64,000 nucleotides of DNA, taken from Candidatus Babelota bacterium. Its GTDB lineage: Bacteria > Babelota > Babeliae > Babelales > CAIQNR01. The position numbers and the translations under genes are program-made. The notes under the pieces were generated by a model. It was not told the origin of the DNA, ran no database searches, and saw only the letters and a list, made by a program, of their open reading frames with translations. The stretch spans positions 392,722-456,721 of the forward strand of contig CBFHTA010000001.1 in NCBI GenBank assembly GCA_965658655.1, written 5' to 3'. Shown here in pieces: positions 17,489 through 27,315 of the stretch (its first letter is position 1; the number at the start of each line of letters is the position of its first letter).

Positions 17489-20077
17489 GTGAAGTATAAA
17501 ATCCAAATAATTTTTGTTCTGGGTATCATTCTGCCAATGAGTGTAATGGCTTCTTTGCAAAATAATGAATGGACGTTGCGTGCTTTGCGCATTCAGGGTA
17601 TTTCTTTTGAAAAACAGAAATATTATCCTTTGTATGAGATTTCTCATGGCGATACTTTTTCTTTTGATCATCATCAGGAGTCTCTTGCTTCTATTAAACG
17701 TGCGGTAAAAACAGAAGGGTACCTTGCGGCAAAAGTGTATGATTACTTTAAGTATTACCCTGATGGTAAAGCGCTTGATGTAATTGTTACTATTGATAGA
17801 GGTTCTCTTTTTAAAATATCCCAGGCTTCAGTTATAATAGATCCCTCTCCTCTTTTAACTCAGTTGCAAACAGAACAGCTGGTTTCTTTTCTAGAGGATG
17901 ATTTTATGCAAAAGCTAGTGGGCAAGAATTATACCAATGAGCGTGTTACTCAAACAATGAAAGGTATTCAACTTTGTTTAGAACAACGAGGGCTTACATC
18001 TTCTCATGTTGCTTTAACGGAGTCTTGTGCGGAAAAAGATGCACGGGTTGCACTTACGTTTGTTATCAATTTAGAAAAAAGTAGATCATTCGAATTTTTT
18101 GGAAACCATTACTTCTCTTCTAATGATCTTATGCGTGTGGTAACGCATTTTGGTAAAGATGCTGGAATGTTACCGGCAGAGATTTTAGCACAAGAAGTTC
18201 TAGCGGAGTATCATAAAAAAGGTTTTTGGAATGCCGATATAGGTACAAGTAATGAGGGGCAAAAAGATTATTTTGTTATTCAAGAGGGTCCACGAGTAAA
18301 AATTAAAGAAGTGGTGCTGAAGGGTGTAGAGGTATTTAAAAAAGAATGGTTAGAAAAGCATTTTTTAAATACCTTAAAATCGAAATGGTACGATGCAGAT
18401 AAAGAAAAACAAGCATTTAAGCGTTTAATTGATTGGTATCATGATCAGGGGTTTTGGAATATTTCTATTTTACAGCGTAAGCATATTCCGATTAATAATG
18501 ATTGGTATACTTTGACGGTAGTAGTTGATGAAGGAAAGCAACGTTTTATAAAGCGAGCAGAAGTTGTGGGGTATCCTCATCTCATGAAGCACTCTTGTTT
18601 TGCAAAAATTAATTATGAAAATCGTAAAAAACTTCCATTTTCGCCGTCTTTATTAGCAGAACAAAAAGCTTTTTTAATCAAAGCAATTCGTTCTGAGGGA
18701 TATCTCTATGCACGAATCGAATACACCTTGCACGAAGAGCAAGAGGGTTATAGGGTAAGTTGGAATATAGTGCCTGGACAGCAAATAAAATTTGGTGACA
18801 CAACTATTAAGGGATACACCAAGGTTTCGAAAAATATACTTTTAAAACAGTTAGCGTATAACCAGGCAGATATTTGGAGCAAAGAGAAACTTCAAAATAC
18901 GTTAGTTCGGTTTCGATCATTAGATTTGTTTGAAAGAGTTCATCTACAAACGGTTGATGCTAAAAATAAGAATGAAATGCGCGATGTTGTTATAACATTA
19001 CAAGAGGATGATCCCTTTGAGGTTAAATTTCGTTTAGGGTATCAACAGGTGAGTAAAAGTTTTGCTTTTAAAAGAGTGTCATCATATCGAGTGGGTGCTA
19101 CTGGTTTATGGAGAAATCCTCTTAATAGGGCAGATGCTTTATTTCTTGATTGTGCTTTTACTCGTTTTGATCGTTTAGTTTCTGGAATATATAAAATTCC
19201 TTTTTCTCTCTTTGCTCCTTGTATGGGTACTGTAAAAGGATATACAAAAAAGTATACACAGCCGGTTTCTGTTGGTTCTAAAAAAACATTATATCAGACA
19301 GATCAAGATGGATTTTCTCTGGGGGTAAGTTCTCATAGCAAACATTTTGATATGGGTTGTACCGCTGGTTTCGAGTGGGCAAAAACAAAAAATATTTCTA
19401 CTGAGCTTGCAGCAGCTATGCGCTTTGAGGCCGATTTAATAGACAAGAGAATTCCTTACTTTGTTGTTCAACCAACGATTTCTTTTGATTTTCTTAATGA
19501 CAAGTTTAATCCAACTAAAGGAATGTTTGCATCAGTTGCACTCAAAGGTATGATGCCATTTGAAAAAAGCTCTTATTCGGTCAAATTCTTGGCAGAAGAA
19601 GGGATCTTTATTCCTATGGGTCTAGCAACGTTTGCAGCACGTGCTCGTTTTGGACATATTTTTAGAAAAAAATTTACAGCGATTATGCCTCCTGAGCGTT
19701 TTTATTTAGGTGGAGCTAATTCCTTGAGGGGCTACCAAACAGACAAATGCCCCCCGCTGGGTAGTTTTGTAGATGAAAAGGGCGTAACACAATGGGTAGC
19801 TCAAGGTGGAAAATCTATGTTTAATATTAATCTTGAGCTCAGAGTTCCTGTTCATAAAAAACTTATGCATGTGGTGATATTTCAAGATTTTGGAGCATTG
19901 GAAGAAGACGCTCATGCTTTAGTAGAGCCCAAAAAGCCGCTTTCAGCTACTGGATTAGGCTTAAGGTATACTACTCCTGTTGGTTCCTTGCGATTTGATA
20001 TTGGCTGGAAATGGCATAAGCAATTTCCTGAAGAAACTTCTTATGCGTGGTTTTTAACCTTTGGACAGGCTTTTTAG
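17489..20077 (+). CDS. Omp85 family (BamA/TamA-like) outer membrane protein with POTRA domains
   Basis: ERFYLGGANSLRGY, GLGLRYTTPVGSLRFDIG, terminal FGQAF. Confidence 0.9.
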   Translation: MKYKIQIIFVLGIILPMSVMASLQNNEWTLRALRIQGISFEKQKYYPLYEISHGDTFSFDHHQESLASIKRAVKTEGYLAAKVYDYFKYYPDGKALDVIVTIDRGSLFKISQASVIIDPSPLLTQLQTEQLVSFLEDDFMQKLVGKNYTNERVTQTMKGIQLCLEQRGLTSSHVALTESCAEKDARVALTFVINLEKSRSFEFFGNHYFSSNDLMRVVTHFGKDAGMLPAEILAQEVLAEYHKKGFWNADIGTSNEGQKDYFVIQEGPRVKIKEVVLKGVEVFKKEWLEKHFLNTLKSKWYDADKEKQAFKRLIDWYHDQGFWNISILQRKHIPINNDWYTLTVVVDEGKQRFIKRAEVVGYPHLMKHSCFAKINYENRKKLPFSPSLLAEQKAFLIKAIRSEGYLYARIEYTLHEEQEGYRVSWNIVPGQQIKFGDTTIKGYTKVSKNILLKQLAYNQADIWSKEKLQNTLVRFRSLDLFERVHLQTVDAKNKNEMRDVVITLQEDDPFEVKFRLGYQQVSKSFAFKRVSSYRVGATGLWRNPLNRADALFLDCAFTRFDRLVSGIYKIPFSLFAPCMGTVKGYTKKYTQPVSVGSKKTLYQTDQDGFSLGVSSHSKHFDMGCTAGFEWAKTKNISTELAAAMRFEADLIDKRIPYFVVQPTISFDFLNDKFNPTKGMFASVALKGMMPFEKSSYSVKFLAEEGIFIPMGLATFAARARFGHIFRKKFTAIMPPERFYLGGANSLRGYQTDKCPPLGSFVDEKGVTQWVAQGGKSMFNINLELRVPVHKKLMHVVIFQDFGALEEDAHALVEPKKPLSATGLGLRYTTPVGSLRFDIGWKWHKQFPEETSYAWFLTFGQAF

Positions 20078-20159
20078 CTATACAAAATTTTTGCGTTCAG
20101 AGGCAAAAGGGGCTATATTCAATTTATAGATAAGGAAAACCTTTAACTAGAGGGGCTTT

Positions 20160-20828
20160 ATGAAGGTAAAAAGTAATGCTACTTTCTTTTCGCTCGTAGA
20201 ACACGAAATGGTATGTCATTTTCCGTATGCTGTTTTATCAGTAGCACTGAGTATGATTGCGGCTGGAATTTTGGGATATTTTTCATTTGGAGCAACACCG
20301 TCTACGGTTGAGCATGGGTCTATGGTACTTTTTCATAGTTGCCACTTTTTACACATTGTTTTTGCAGCTACTGGTGCTGTGCTCACATTTTTTAGATATT
20401 CTAAAGATGTGTTGAAGGGTCTTATTGTTGGAGCTCTCTCGGCTATTGTTTTTTGTATGTTGTCAGATGTTCTATTGCCATATGTGGTAGGTGAACTGAT
20501 GGGAATAAATATGCAACTCCATATTTGCTTCTTCTCTGAGTTTAGCAATGTTGCGCCATTCTTGGTGGTAGGGGTATTTAACGGTTGGTTGTTGAGTAAA
20601 CATCATGGTGGACAACAAAGTTTCTTCTCTATTTGGTCTCACTTTGCACATATCTTTGTAAGTTCGTTAGCTTCTATGTTATATACTATTTCTCATGGCA
20701 TGCATGATTGGTATCAATATATGGGAGTATTATTTATGCTATTAATTATTGCGGTGGTTATACCATGTACGTTGTCTGATGTAGTTGTTCCGGCTTACTT
20801 TGCAGGTATGGGTAAAAAACAAAAATGA
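20160..20828 (+). CDS. His-rich polytopic membrane protein of unknown function
   Basis: About 6-7 TM helices; HSCHFLH, SHFAH, and duplicated CMLSD/CTLSD motifs. Confidence 0.75.
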   Translation: MKVKSNATFFSLVEHEMVCHFPYAVLSVALSMIAAGILGYFSFGATPSTVEHGSMVLFHSCHFLHIVFAATGAVLTFFRYSKDVLKGLIVGALSAIVFCMLSDVLLPYVVGELMGINMQLHICFFSEFSNVAPFLVVGVFNGWLLSKHHGGQQSFFSIWSHFAHIFVSSLASMLYTISHGMHDWYQYMGVLFMLLIIAVVIPCTLSDVVVPAYFAGMGKKQK

Positions 20829-21916
20829 ATGATATTCGTCTTAAAAAGGTTAATAAATCTTTTGAAGGGGAACCAATTCTTGAGAACATTAATCTTACGG
20901 TTCCCGAAGGTAAATTTTTTGCTTTACTAGGACCGAGTGGTTGTGGAAAAACAACCATTCTTAGAATGATTGCAGGATTCGATCAACCGGATTCTGGGAC
21001 CATTAGTTTAGGTGATACTAATATTACTGATATTCCTAGTAATAAACGTAAAATTAATACAGTTTTTCAGAATTATGCATTGTTCCCTCACATGAACGTT
21101 TTTGAAAATGTTGCTTACAGCTTAAGACTTAAGAACCTTGATAAAGAAATTATCAAGTTTCGAGTTCAAAAAATTCTAAAAACTGTTCGCCTTGAACATC
21201 AAATGTATAAGCCAATTCAGCAGCTTTCTGGTGGGCAACAACAACGTGTAGCTCTTGCACGCGCAATTATTAATGAACCAGAAGTGTTATTGTTGGATGA
21301 ACCGTTGGCAGCACTCGATGTTAAATTGCGTGAACATATGCTTATTGAACTTATCGATCTTCAAGAAACGATAAAGACAACCTTTGTGTATATTACACAT
21401 GATCAAACCGAAGCACTTACAGTAGCAGATAAAATGGCCATCATGAATTATGATGGAGAGATTGAGCAGGTAGGAACACCGCGAGAAATTTATGAATTTC
21501 CTGTTTCTTCTTTTGTAGCTCAGTTTGTAGGTAAAACAAACTTGTTTAGAGGAACGCTTCAAGTGTATGGGGATGTACCCACTGTTGATGTTGCTGGTCT
21601 TGGGAAATTTAGTGTCTATTTTTCGGCAAAATGCGAGTGGATGGTAGAGGGAAGACCGGTGCTCTTGGGTGTTCGTCCAGAAAAAATATGGATTAGTAAG
21701 ACGCCTGAAAAAGGTTTTGCTAACCATGTAATGGGTGAAGTTGAGTCAATTGTGTATCATGGTCAAGCAACACAGTACAATGTTCGTCTGCAGAATGGTC
21801 AAAAGGTCCAAGTTTTTGAGCAAAATGAAGAGCATTTCCCTAAAGAAAAAATAGATTATGACGATAAAGTGCATTTGTATTGGCAGAAAGAAAACGCGAT
21901 GGTGTTGGAAAAATGA
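20825..21916 (+). CDS. potA: Spermidine/putrescine ABC transporter ATPase
   Basis: GPSGCGKT, TVFQNYALFPHM, LSGGQQQR, C-terminal TOBE-like region; potABCD order. Confidence 0.92.
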   Translation: MNDIRLKKVNKSFEGEPILENINLTVPEGKFFALLGPSGCGKTTILRMIAGFDQPDSGTISLGDTNITDIPSNKRKINTVFQNYALFPHMNVFENVAYSLRLKNLDKEIIKFRVQKILKTVRLEHQMYKPIQQLSGGQQQRVALARAIINEPEVLLLDEPLAALDVKLREHMLIELIDLQETIKTTFVYITHDQTEALTVADKMAIMNYDGEIEQVGTPREIYEFPVSSFVAQFVGKTNLFRGTLQVYGDVPTVDVAGLGKFSVYFSAKCEWMVEGRPVLLGVRPEKIWISKTPEKGFANHVMGEVESIVYHGQATQYNVRLQNGQKVQVFEQNEEHFPKEKIDYDDKVHLYWQKENAMVLEK

Positions 21917-22782
21917 AAAAAAGCTTCTTTTCTCCCAATGTTTCCTTCTTCTGGGGAGTTATAGCCCTTGTATGGCAAGCAATCTTTTTTTATATTCCAC
22001 TTTCTTTTCTTGTTGGCTCTAGTTTTATTACTTTTTCTTCCGTTTTAAAATCAACACGTTTTACAATGTTGCACTATGCGGAGTTATGTAAACCTATCTA
22101 TGCGATGATTTTCTTTAGATCACTCGCCCTTGCTCTTTCTACGGTTATTATCACCTTGCTTATAGCCTATCCGGTAGCATATTATGTTGCTATTAAAGTA
22201 ACGCGTTGGAAAGAAGCATTTTTTGCACTTTTAATATTACCCTTCTGGACTAATTTTTTATTACTTGTTTATGCATGGTACTTTTTGCTTGAGAACGACG
22301 GACTTATTAATTCTTTACTTCTTCAGTTAGGCATTATTAGGCAGCCTATTTATTTAATGAATACTACATTTGCTGTGTATGTTGGTATGGTTTATTGTTA
22401 TCTTCCATTTATGCTTTTGCCCTTATATTCAACGCTTGAAAAATTTAATGTAAAGCTCCTTGAGGCTTCTACTGATTTAGGTGCAACGTATTTCCAAACA
22501 TTTAAAAGAGTAGTATTGCCACTTACTTGGCCCGGTATTAAGACTGGCGCAATCTTAGTTTTTGTTCCTGCATTTGGAGAGTTTGTGGTTCCTGCGCTTT
22601 TAGGTGGTGACAAAGATATGTATGTTGGAACAGTCATTACACACTATTTTTTAACAATTAGAAACGCATCTTTGGGTTCTGCGTTTACCTGCTTCAGTGT
22701 GACCATTCTATTCTTTTTATTATCTTTATTCTTTGGTTTAGGAAACTTAATTACAGAAAGAAGAAGGGCAAGCAATGGTTAA
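21913..22782 (+). CDS. potB: Spermidine/putrescine ABC permease
   Basis: LPFWTN, YLPFM.LPLY, EASTDLGA; ATGA overlap with the potA stop. Confidence 0.9.
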   Translation: MKKSFFSPNVSFFWGVIALVWQAIFFYIPLSFLVGSSFITFSSVLKSTRFTMLHYAELCKPIYAMIFFRSLALALSTVIITLLIAYPVAYYVAIKVTRWKEAFFALLILPFWTNFLLLVYAWYFLLENDGLINSLLLQLGIIRQPIYLMNTTFAVYVGMVYCYLPFMLLPLYSTLEKFNVKLLEASTDLGATYFQTFKRVVLPLTWPGIKTGAILVFVPAFGEFVVPALLGGDKDMYVGTVITHYFLTIRNASLGSAFTCFSVTILFFLLSLFFGLGNLITERRRASNG

Positions 22783-23554
22783 GAATCCACTGGTTAGGAT
22801 TGCTCTTCCGCTTTGGGTGAGTGCAACGTATCTCTTCTTGTATATTCCTATTATTGTTTTGATTGTGTTTTCTTTTAATTCAATCGCTTTTCCGTATCAA
22901 TGGGAAAGTTTTTCTTTAAAGTGGTATCATGAGCTTTTTTATGCAGCAGACCTGTGGAAAGCTGCTCGTAATTCGGTAATTGTTGGGTTTTCTACCGTGG
23001 CCTTAAGTCTTTTTATTGGGCTTTTTTTTGTAATGTGGAATGCGAGCAGGAAGAATGATTATTTACTCTCTTTCTTTTATCCAAATCTTATTATTCCAGA
23101 GATTATCCTTGCTGTTGGTTTATTAAGTTTTTTCATTTTCTTTAATGTACCGTTGAGCTTAGGAACCTTAATTGTAGGACATACACTTTTGGGTCTTGGA
23201 TATGCTATTCCTATTATTCACGAAAGTTTTACAAGTATTGATACTCGTTTAGTAGAAGCTTCTACAGATTTAGGAGCAACGCCAACTCAAACATTTGTTA
23301 AAGTGGTTTTGCCTATTTTAAAGCCATCATTAATAGCAGCAGGGTTACTTGTTTTTATTCTTTCTCTCGATGATTTTTTAATTGCATTCTTTTGTGCAGG
23401 CTCAGATTCTCAAACGTTATCTCTCTATATTTTTGCCATGATTAGAACTGGGGTTTCTCCTGAAGTGAATGCATTAGCAACGTTAATGATTGCTGTCAGT
23501 AGTTTCTTGGTCTTCTTATTCTGTTCTCTTAGGGTAGAGGAGCAGGTATGGTAA
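22775..23554 (+). CDS. potC: Spermidine/putrescine ABC permease
   Basis: FLYIPI...FSFN, EASTDLGA, SLDDF, GVSPEVNA. Confidence 0.9.
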   Translation: MVKNPLVRIALPLWVSATYLFLYIPIIVLIVFSFNSIAFPYQWESFSLKWYHELFYAADLWKAARNSVIVGFSTVALSLFIGLFFVMWNASRKNDYLLSFFYPNLIIPEIILAVGLLSFFIFFNVPLSLGTLIVGHTLLGLGYAIPIIHESFTSIDTRLVEASTDLGATPTQTFVKVVLPILKPSLIAAGLLVFILSLDDFLIAFFCAGSDSQTLSLYIFAMIRTGVSPEVNALATLMIAVSSFLVFLFCSLRVEEQVW

Positions 23555-24630
23555 CTTTTCGCAAAGGTCTTATTCGTTCGTTGGTGGTTGTTTTCTGGAT
23601 AGGCTTTATCTTTGCGTATTTGTATACAGGCAAAGTTTTAAAATATTTTCGTTCACCCAAGTCTATTAATGTGTTTATGTGGTCCGGAGTGGTTGACCCT
23701 CGACTGTTTCATAAGTTCGAGAACGAGACAGGGATTCATGTAAATGTAAGTTATTATGAAGGGAATGAGGAACTTTTGGTGAAGTTGCTTGCAACAAAAG
23801 CCAAAGGGTATGACATGATTGTACCTTCTGATTATGTTGTTAAGTTTTTAATAAAACATAATCTATTGAAAAAAATAGACAGATCAAAATTAGACTTTTT
23901 AGATAATCTTAATCCAAAATTTTTGGGGCATTATTTTGACCCTTATAATGACTATTCTATTCCTGCGGAATGGTATGTAGAAGGGCTTGCTATTAATACT
24001 GATTATTTTGAAAAAGGTAAGATTCCAGAAGCAAGTTGGGCTTCTATTTTTCATCCAGAAAAAACACCTGATCATATTGGATTATTTAACGACAGTCGTG
24101 AAGTTTGTGGGCTGGCTATAAAGTATTTATATGGAAAAAATCGTTCAATTAACGCACAAGAAGTACAAGAAGTTAAGCAGCTTTTACAAGAACAAAAAAA
24201 GAAGGTAGAAGCGTATACAGATTTTAGAGGTGATTTTTTATTAGAATCGGGTAATTGTTCGCTGGTAACGTTACCTAATACATTTATTTGGAAAACGATT
24301 CAAGATAATCCAAATGTTATCTTTCTGATACCTAAAGAAGGAACGTTTCTTAATCTTGAAAACTATGTGATTCCTGCTCCATCTAAAAAAGCAGACTTAG
24401 TCTATAAGTTCTGGAATTTTTTGTTTAGATTAGAGCATCAGAAACACAACTTCCATTACGGTGCTTTCTTATCTACTCGTAAAGATGCAGACTTTATGTT
24501 TGCAGTTGATACCTTAAAAGAATCAACTCAGCTTGTGCATCCAGATACAACACATCAAGCTGAGCTGTTTGAAAACAAATTAACAGATGAGCAAATTAAT
24601 GAAATTTGGCTCGGCGTAAAAGGTTCTTAG
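23548..24630 (+). CDS. potD: Spermidine/putrescine ABC substrate-binding protein
   Basis: FENETGIHV, NEELLVKL, YDMIVPSDY, PKEG. Confidence 0.9.
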   Translation: MVTFRKGLIRSLVVVFWIGFIFAYLYTGKVLKYFRSPKSINVFMWSGVVDPRLFHKFENETGIHVNVSYYEGNEELLVKLLATKAKGYDMIVPSDYVVKFLIKHNLLKKIDRSKLDFLDNLNPKFLGHYFDPYNDYSIPAEWYVEGLAINTDYFEKGKIPEASWASIFHPEKTPDHIGLFNDSREVCGLAIKYLYGKNRSINAQEVQEVKQLLQEQKKKVEAYTDFRGDFLLESGNCSLVTLPNTFIWKTIQDNPNVIFLIPKEGTFLNLENYVIPAPSKKADLVYKFWNFLFRLEHQKHNFHYGAFLSTRKDADFMFAVDTLKESTQLVHPDTTHQAELFENKLTDEQINEIWLGVKGS

Positions 24631-24704
24631 CCGAGGTCGTTTTTTATGCCCATGGTATCTCTTTATCCTTCATGCAGTGATACGCCGCCCTTGGTGCTGT
24701 GTGC

Positions 24705-25175
24705 TTAGCTAGAAGCTCTTTTTTTATTTTTTAATGTTCTTATTGTTTTTTGTGCTGTTTCTGTAGCTTTCTTAATTATGTTGTTAACAATAGAATGTGC
24801 CTTTTGAGGTTTATATCCGTTTCTAATTAATAATTTTTTGTAAGACTGAGGCGTATTTGAAAGAGACCAAATAGCAATTATTTTGTTGGTGTCTGCGTTA
24901 TTTAATCCTTCTTTTTGAAGTTTTTCAATCATGCTTGCTTCATAAGAAGCTAAATAGGCAGGGCTGCTGAGAATACTATTAATTTGTTTGTCTGTATGTC
25001 CTGAGGCCTTAAGTCCTGTTCTTACTCCAATAGTATATCCAATAGTGTGACGGGATAAAGCTAAAGCTGTATGGCTAATGTTGAGTGTCCGGTGAGGCGC
25101 AGATGGGTTAGTGAACTTTATCGCTTGTGCGTTGAAACTAGCTGCCAATAATCCTAAAATTAAAAATTTCTTCAT
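24705..25175 (-). CDS. Hypothetical secreted basic protein
   Basis: MKKFLILGLLAASFNAQA signal peptide; GGAG SD. Confidence 0.75.
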   Translation of the reverse strand: MKKFLILGLLAASFNAQAIKFTNPSAPHRTLNISHTALALSRHTIGYTIGVRTGLKASGHTDKQINSILSSPAYLASYEASMIEKLQKEGLNNADTNKIIAIWSLSNTPQSYKKLLIRNGYKPQKAHSIVNNIIKKATETAQKTIRTLKNKKRASS

Positions 25176-25370
25176 TTGATCTCCATTTTTTAAACCTTTG
25201 TTAATATTCTCTTTAGCGTATCAAATTGGATTTGTTGCAAGCAATAGAAAGATGGCCCTGAGCATATATGGATGCAATTTAAGCTTAAGAGTTTAGTCTC
25301 CTTTGAGGATTTTCTGGTTTTCGGGTATTATAAGCTCCAGATATCGTTTTTAAGCTTGAGAGGCTCACTT

Positions 25371-27290
25371 GTGAATAAATTTTACGTTACGACTCCTATA
25401 TACTATGCAACCGCAACTCCCCATTTGGGAACATTATATTCAACCGTTCTTGCAGACATTGCAGCTCGTTGGAATAAAATTCAGGGAAAAGAGGTATTTT
25501 TTCTAACCGGAACAGATGAATACGGAAAGAAGATTGCGCAAGCCGCAGAGAAAGTGAATAAAGATCCTAAAGGATTTGTAGATCAGTTTATTCCAGCTTA
25601 TAAAGATTTGTGGAAGAAGTATGAAATTGATTATTCACATTTTATTAGAACCACTGATGAGTATCATGTTAAAGCGGTTCAAAAATGGCTTGGTGATTTA
25701 GAAGCAAAAGGCGATATTTATAAAGGTGCGTACGAAGGTTGGTATTGTACACCGTGTGAAACTTATTTGACCGCAAAAGACGATTCTTTGGATCCTCAAT
25801 ATTATTCAGAAGGTGGAAAAAAGCCTGAATGTGATTCGTGTCAAAGAGAAACACAGTGGATGTCTGAACCTTGTTATATGTTTAAGTTGTCTGCGTATCA
25901 AGACAGACTTTTAAAATTTTATGAAGATAACCCAAACTTTATTACCCCTAAACAACGATTTGCTGAAGTTATTTCATTTGTAAAAGGTGGTCTTGAAGAT
26001 TTAAGTATTTCTCGAACAACGCTTTCTTGGGGTGTTCCATTCCCCAATGATAAAGATCATGTCACGTATGTGTGGGCCGATGCGCTTAATAATTATTTGA
26101 CTGGTATTGGGTACAATCAAGATGGCAAAGAAGAAGCATTTAAAAAGTGGTGGCCTGCCGATATGCAGGTACTAGGTAAAGATATTGTGCGCTTTCATGC
26201 AGTATTTTGGCCAGCATTCTTAATGGCATCTGATCTGCCACTACCAAAACAGTTGTTGGTACACGGTTGGATTAAGATGGGTGAGCATAAGATGTCAAAG
26301 TCTCGCGGTAATAGTGTTGACCCTCAAGATTTATATAAAGTCTATGGTCCTGATTCTGTGCGTTATTACTTGGCTCGTCAGCTTTCTATTGCACAAGATG
26401 GCCAATTTACCGTTGATGATCTTGAACAAAAAATTACTTCTGATTTATCAAACGATTTGGGTAATCTATTACAACGGATGGTTTCTTTAGCAAACAAAAA
26501 TAAAGTGACAGAAGTTACACCAGGTTCATGGGGAGATGAAGAGCAGGGGCTCCAAGAACATGCTCAAGATATGATTAATTCATTCAAGCGAGAAATGGAA
26601 CGTGGTTATTATCACATGGCATTGTCTCATCTTTGGAAGTTTGTAAATGCAGCCAATGCGTACTTCCATGCACAAGAGCCTTGGAAACTTGCAAAAACTG
26701 ATCAAGAAAAATTTATGGCAGTGTTGAGTGCAACGTGCCATAGCTTGAAAATAATAGCAGTTATGTTGTGGCCAGTAATGCCAGAAAAGATGGAAGAATT
26801 ATTGAAACGTTTGGGGTGTACGTTTAATGTAAATGGTGATAAAGTTGCAGAATTAGCAAGCGCTTGGGGCAATACATTTGTCTTATTAATGGGAGATCCA
26901 TTATTTGCAAAGCCAGAGCCTCGTAAAGAAGATGAACCAGAAGAACAAGCGAAGGAGTCGTATATTAACATCGAAGATTTCATCAAAGTAGATTTGCGTG
27001 TAGGAACCATTAAAGAATGTGAAGTGGTAGAAAAGTCTGACAGGCTTTTAAAATCACAAGTTGATATGGGTCCTGAGCTTGGTGTTCGCCAAATTTTTTC
27101 TGGTATTAAAAAATGGTATACTCCAGAAGAACTTATTGGCAGACAGGTTATTGTGGTCGCTAATTTAAAGCCTCGTAAAATGATGGGTGAAGAATCACAA
27201 GGGATGATTACGCTTGCTGATGGTGAAGATGGAAAACCAACGTTAATTAGTCCAGTTGTTCCATTACCCAATGGGGCAAAATTGAAATAG
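25371..27290 (+). CDS. metG: Methionine--tRNA ligase with C-terminal tRNA-binding (Trbp) domain
   Basis: FYVTTPIYY, FLTGTDEYG, YVWADAL, GKDIVRFH, KMSKS, C-terminal DLRVG..VANLKPRK; GTG start at 25371 after GAGG. Confidence 0.96.
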   Translation: MNKFYVTTPIYYATATPHLGTLYSTVLADIAARWNKIQGKEVFFLTGTDEYGKKIAQAAEKVNKDPKGFVDQFIPAYKDLWKKYEIDYSHFIRTTDEYHVKAVQKWLGDLEAKGDIYKGAYEGWYCTPCETYLTAKDDSLDPQYYSEGGKKPECDSCQRETQWMSEPCYMFKLSAYQDRLLKFYEDNPNFITPKQRFAEVISFVKGGLEDLSISRTTLSWGVPFPNDKDHVTYVWADALNNYLTGIGYNQDGKEEAFKKWWPADMQVLGKDIVRFHAVFWPAFLMASDLPLPKQLLVHGWIKMGEHKMSKSRGNSVDPQDLYKVYGPDSVRYYLARQLSIAQDGQFTVDDLEQKITSDLSNDLGNLLQRMVSLANKNKVTEVTPGSWGDEEQGLQEHAQDMINSFKREMERGYYHMALSHLWKFVNAANAYFHAQEPWKLAKTDQEKFMAVLSATCHSLKIIAVMLWPVMPEKMEELLKRLGCTFNVNGDKVAELASAWGNTFVLLMGDPLFAKPEPRKEDEPEEQAKESYINIEDFIKVDLRVGTIKECEVVEKSDRLLKSQVDMGPELGVRQIFSGIKKWYTPEELIGRQVIVVANLKPRKMMGEESQGMITLADGEDGKPTLISPVVPLPNGAKLK

Positions 27291-27315
27291 AGACGTTATT
27301 TAAAAAGAGAGTATC

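Noticed and set aside
26702..27271. 189-aa antisense ORF in metG, and similar antisense ORFs in topA, potA, batA and dnaJ
   Set aside because: Shadow frames of conserved genes with no independent coding signal.
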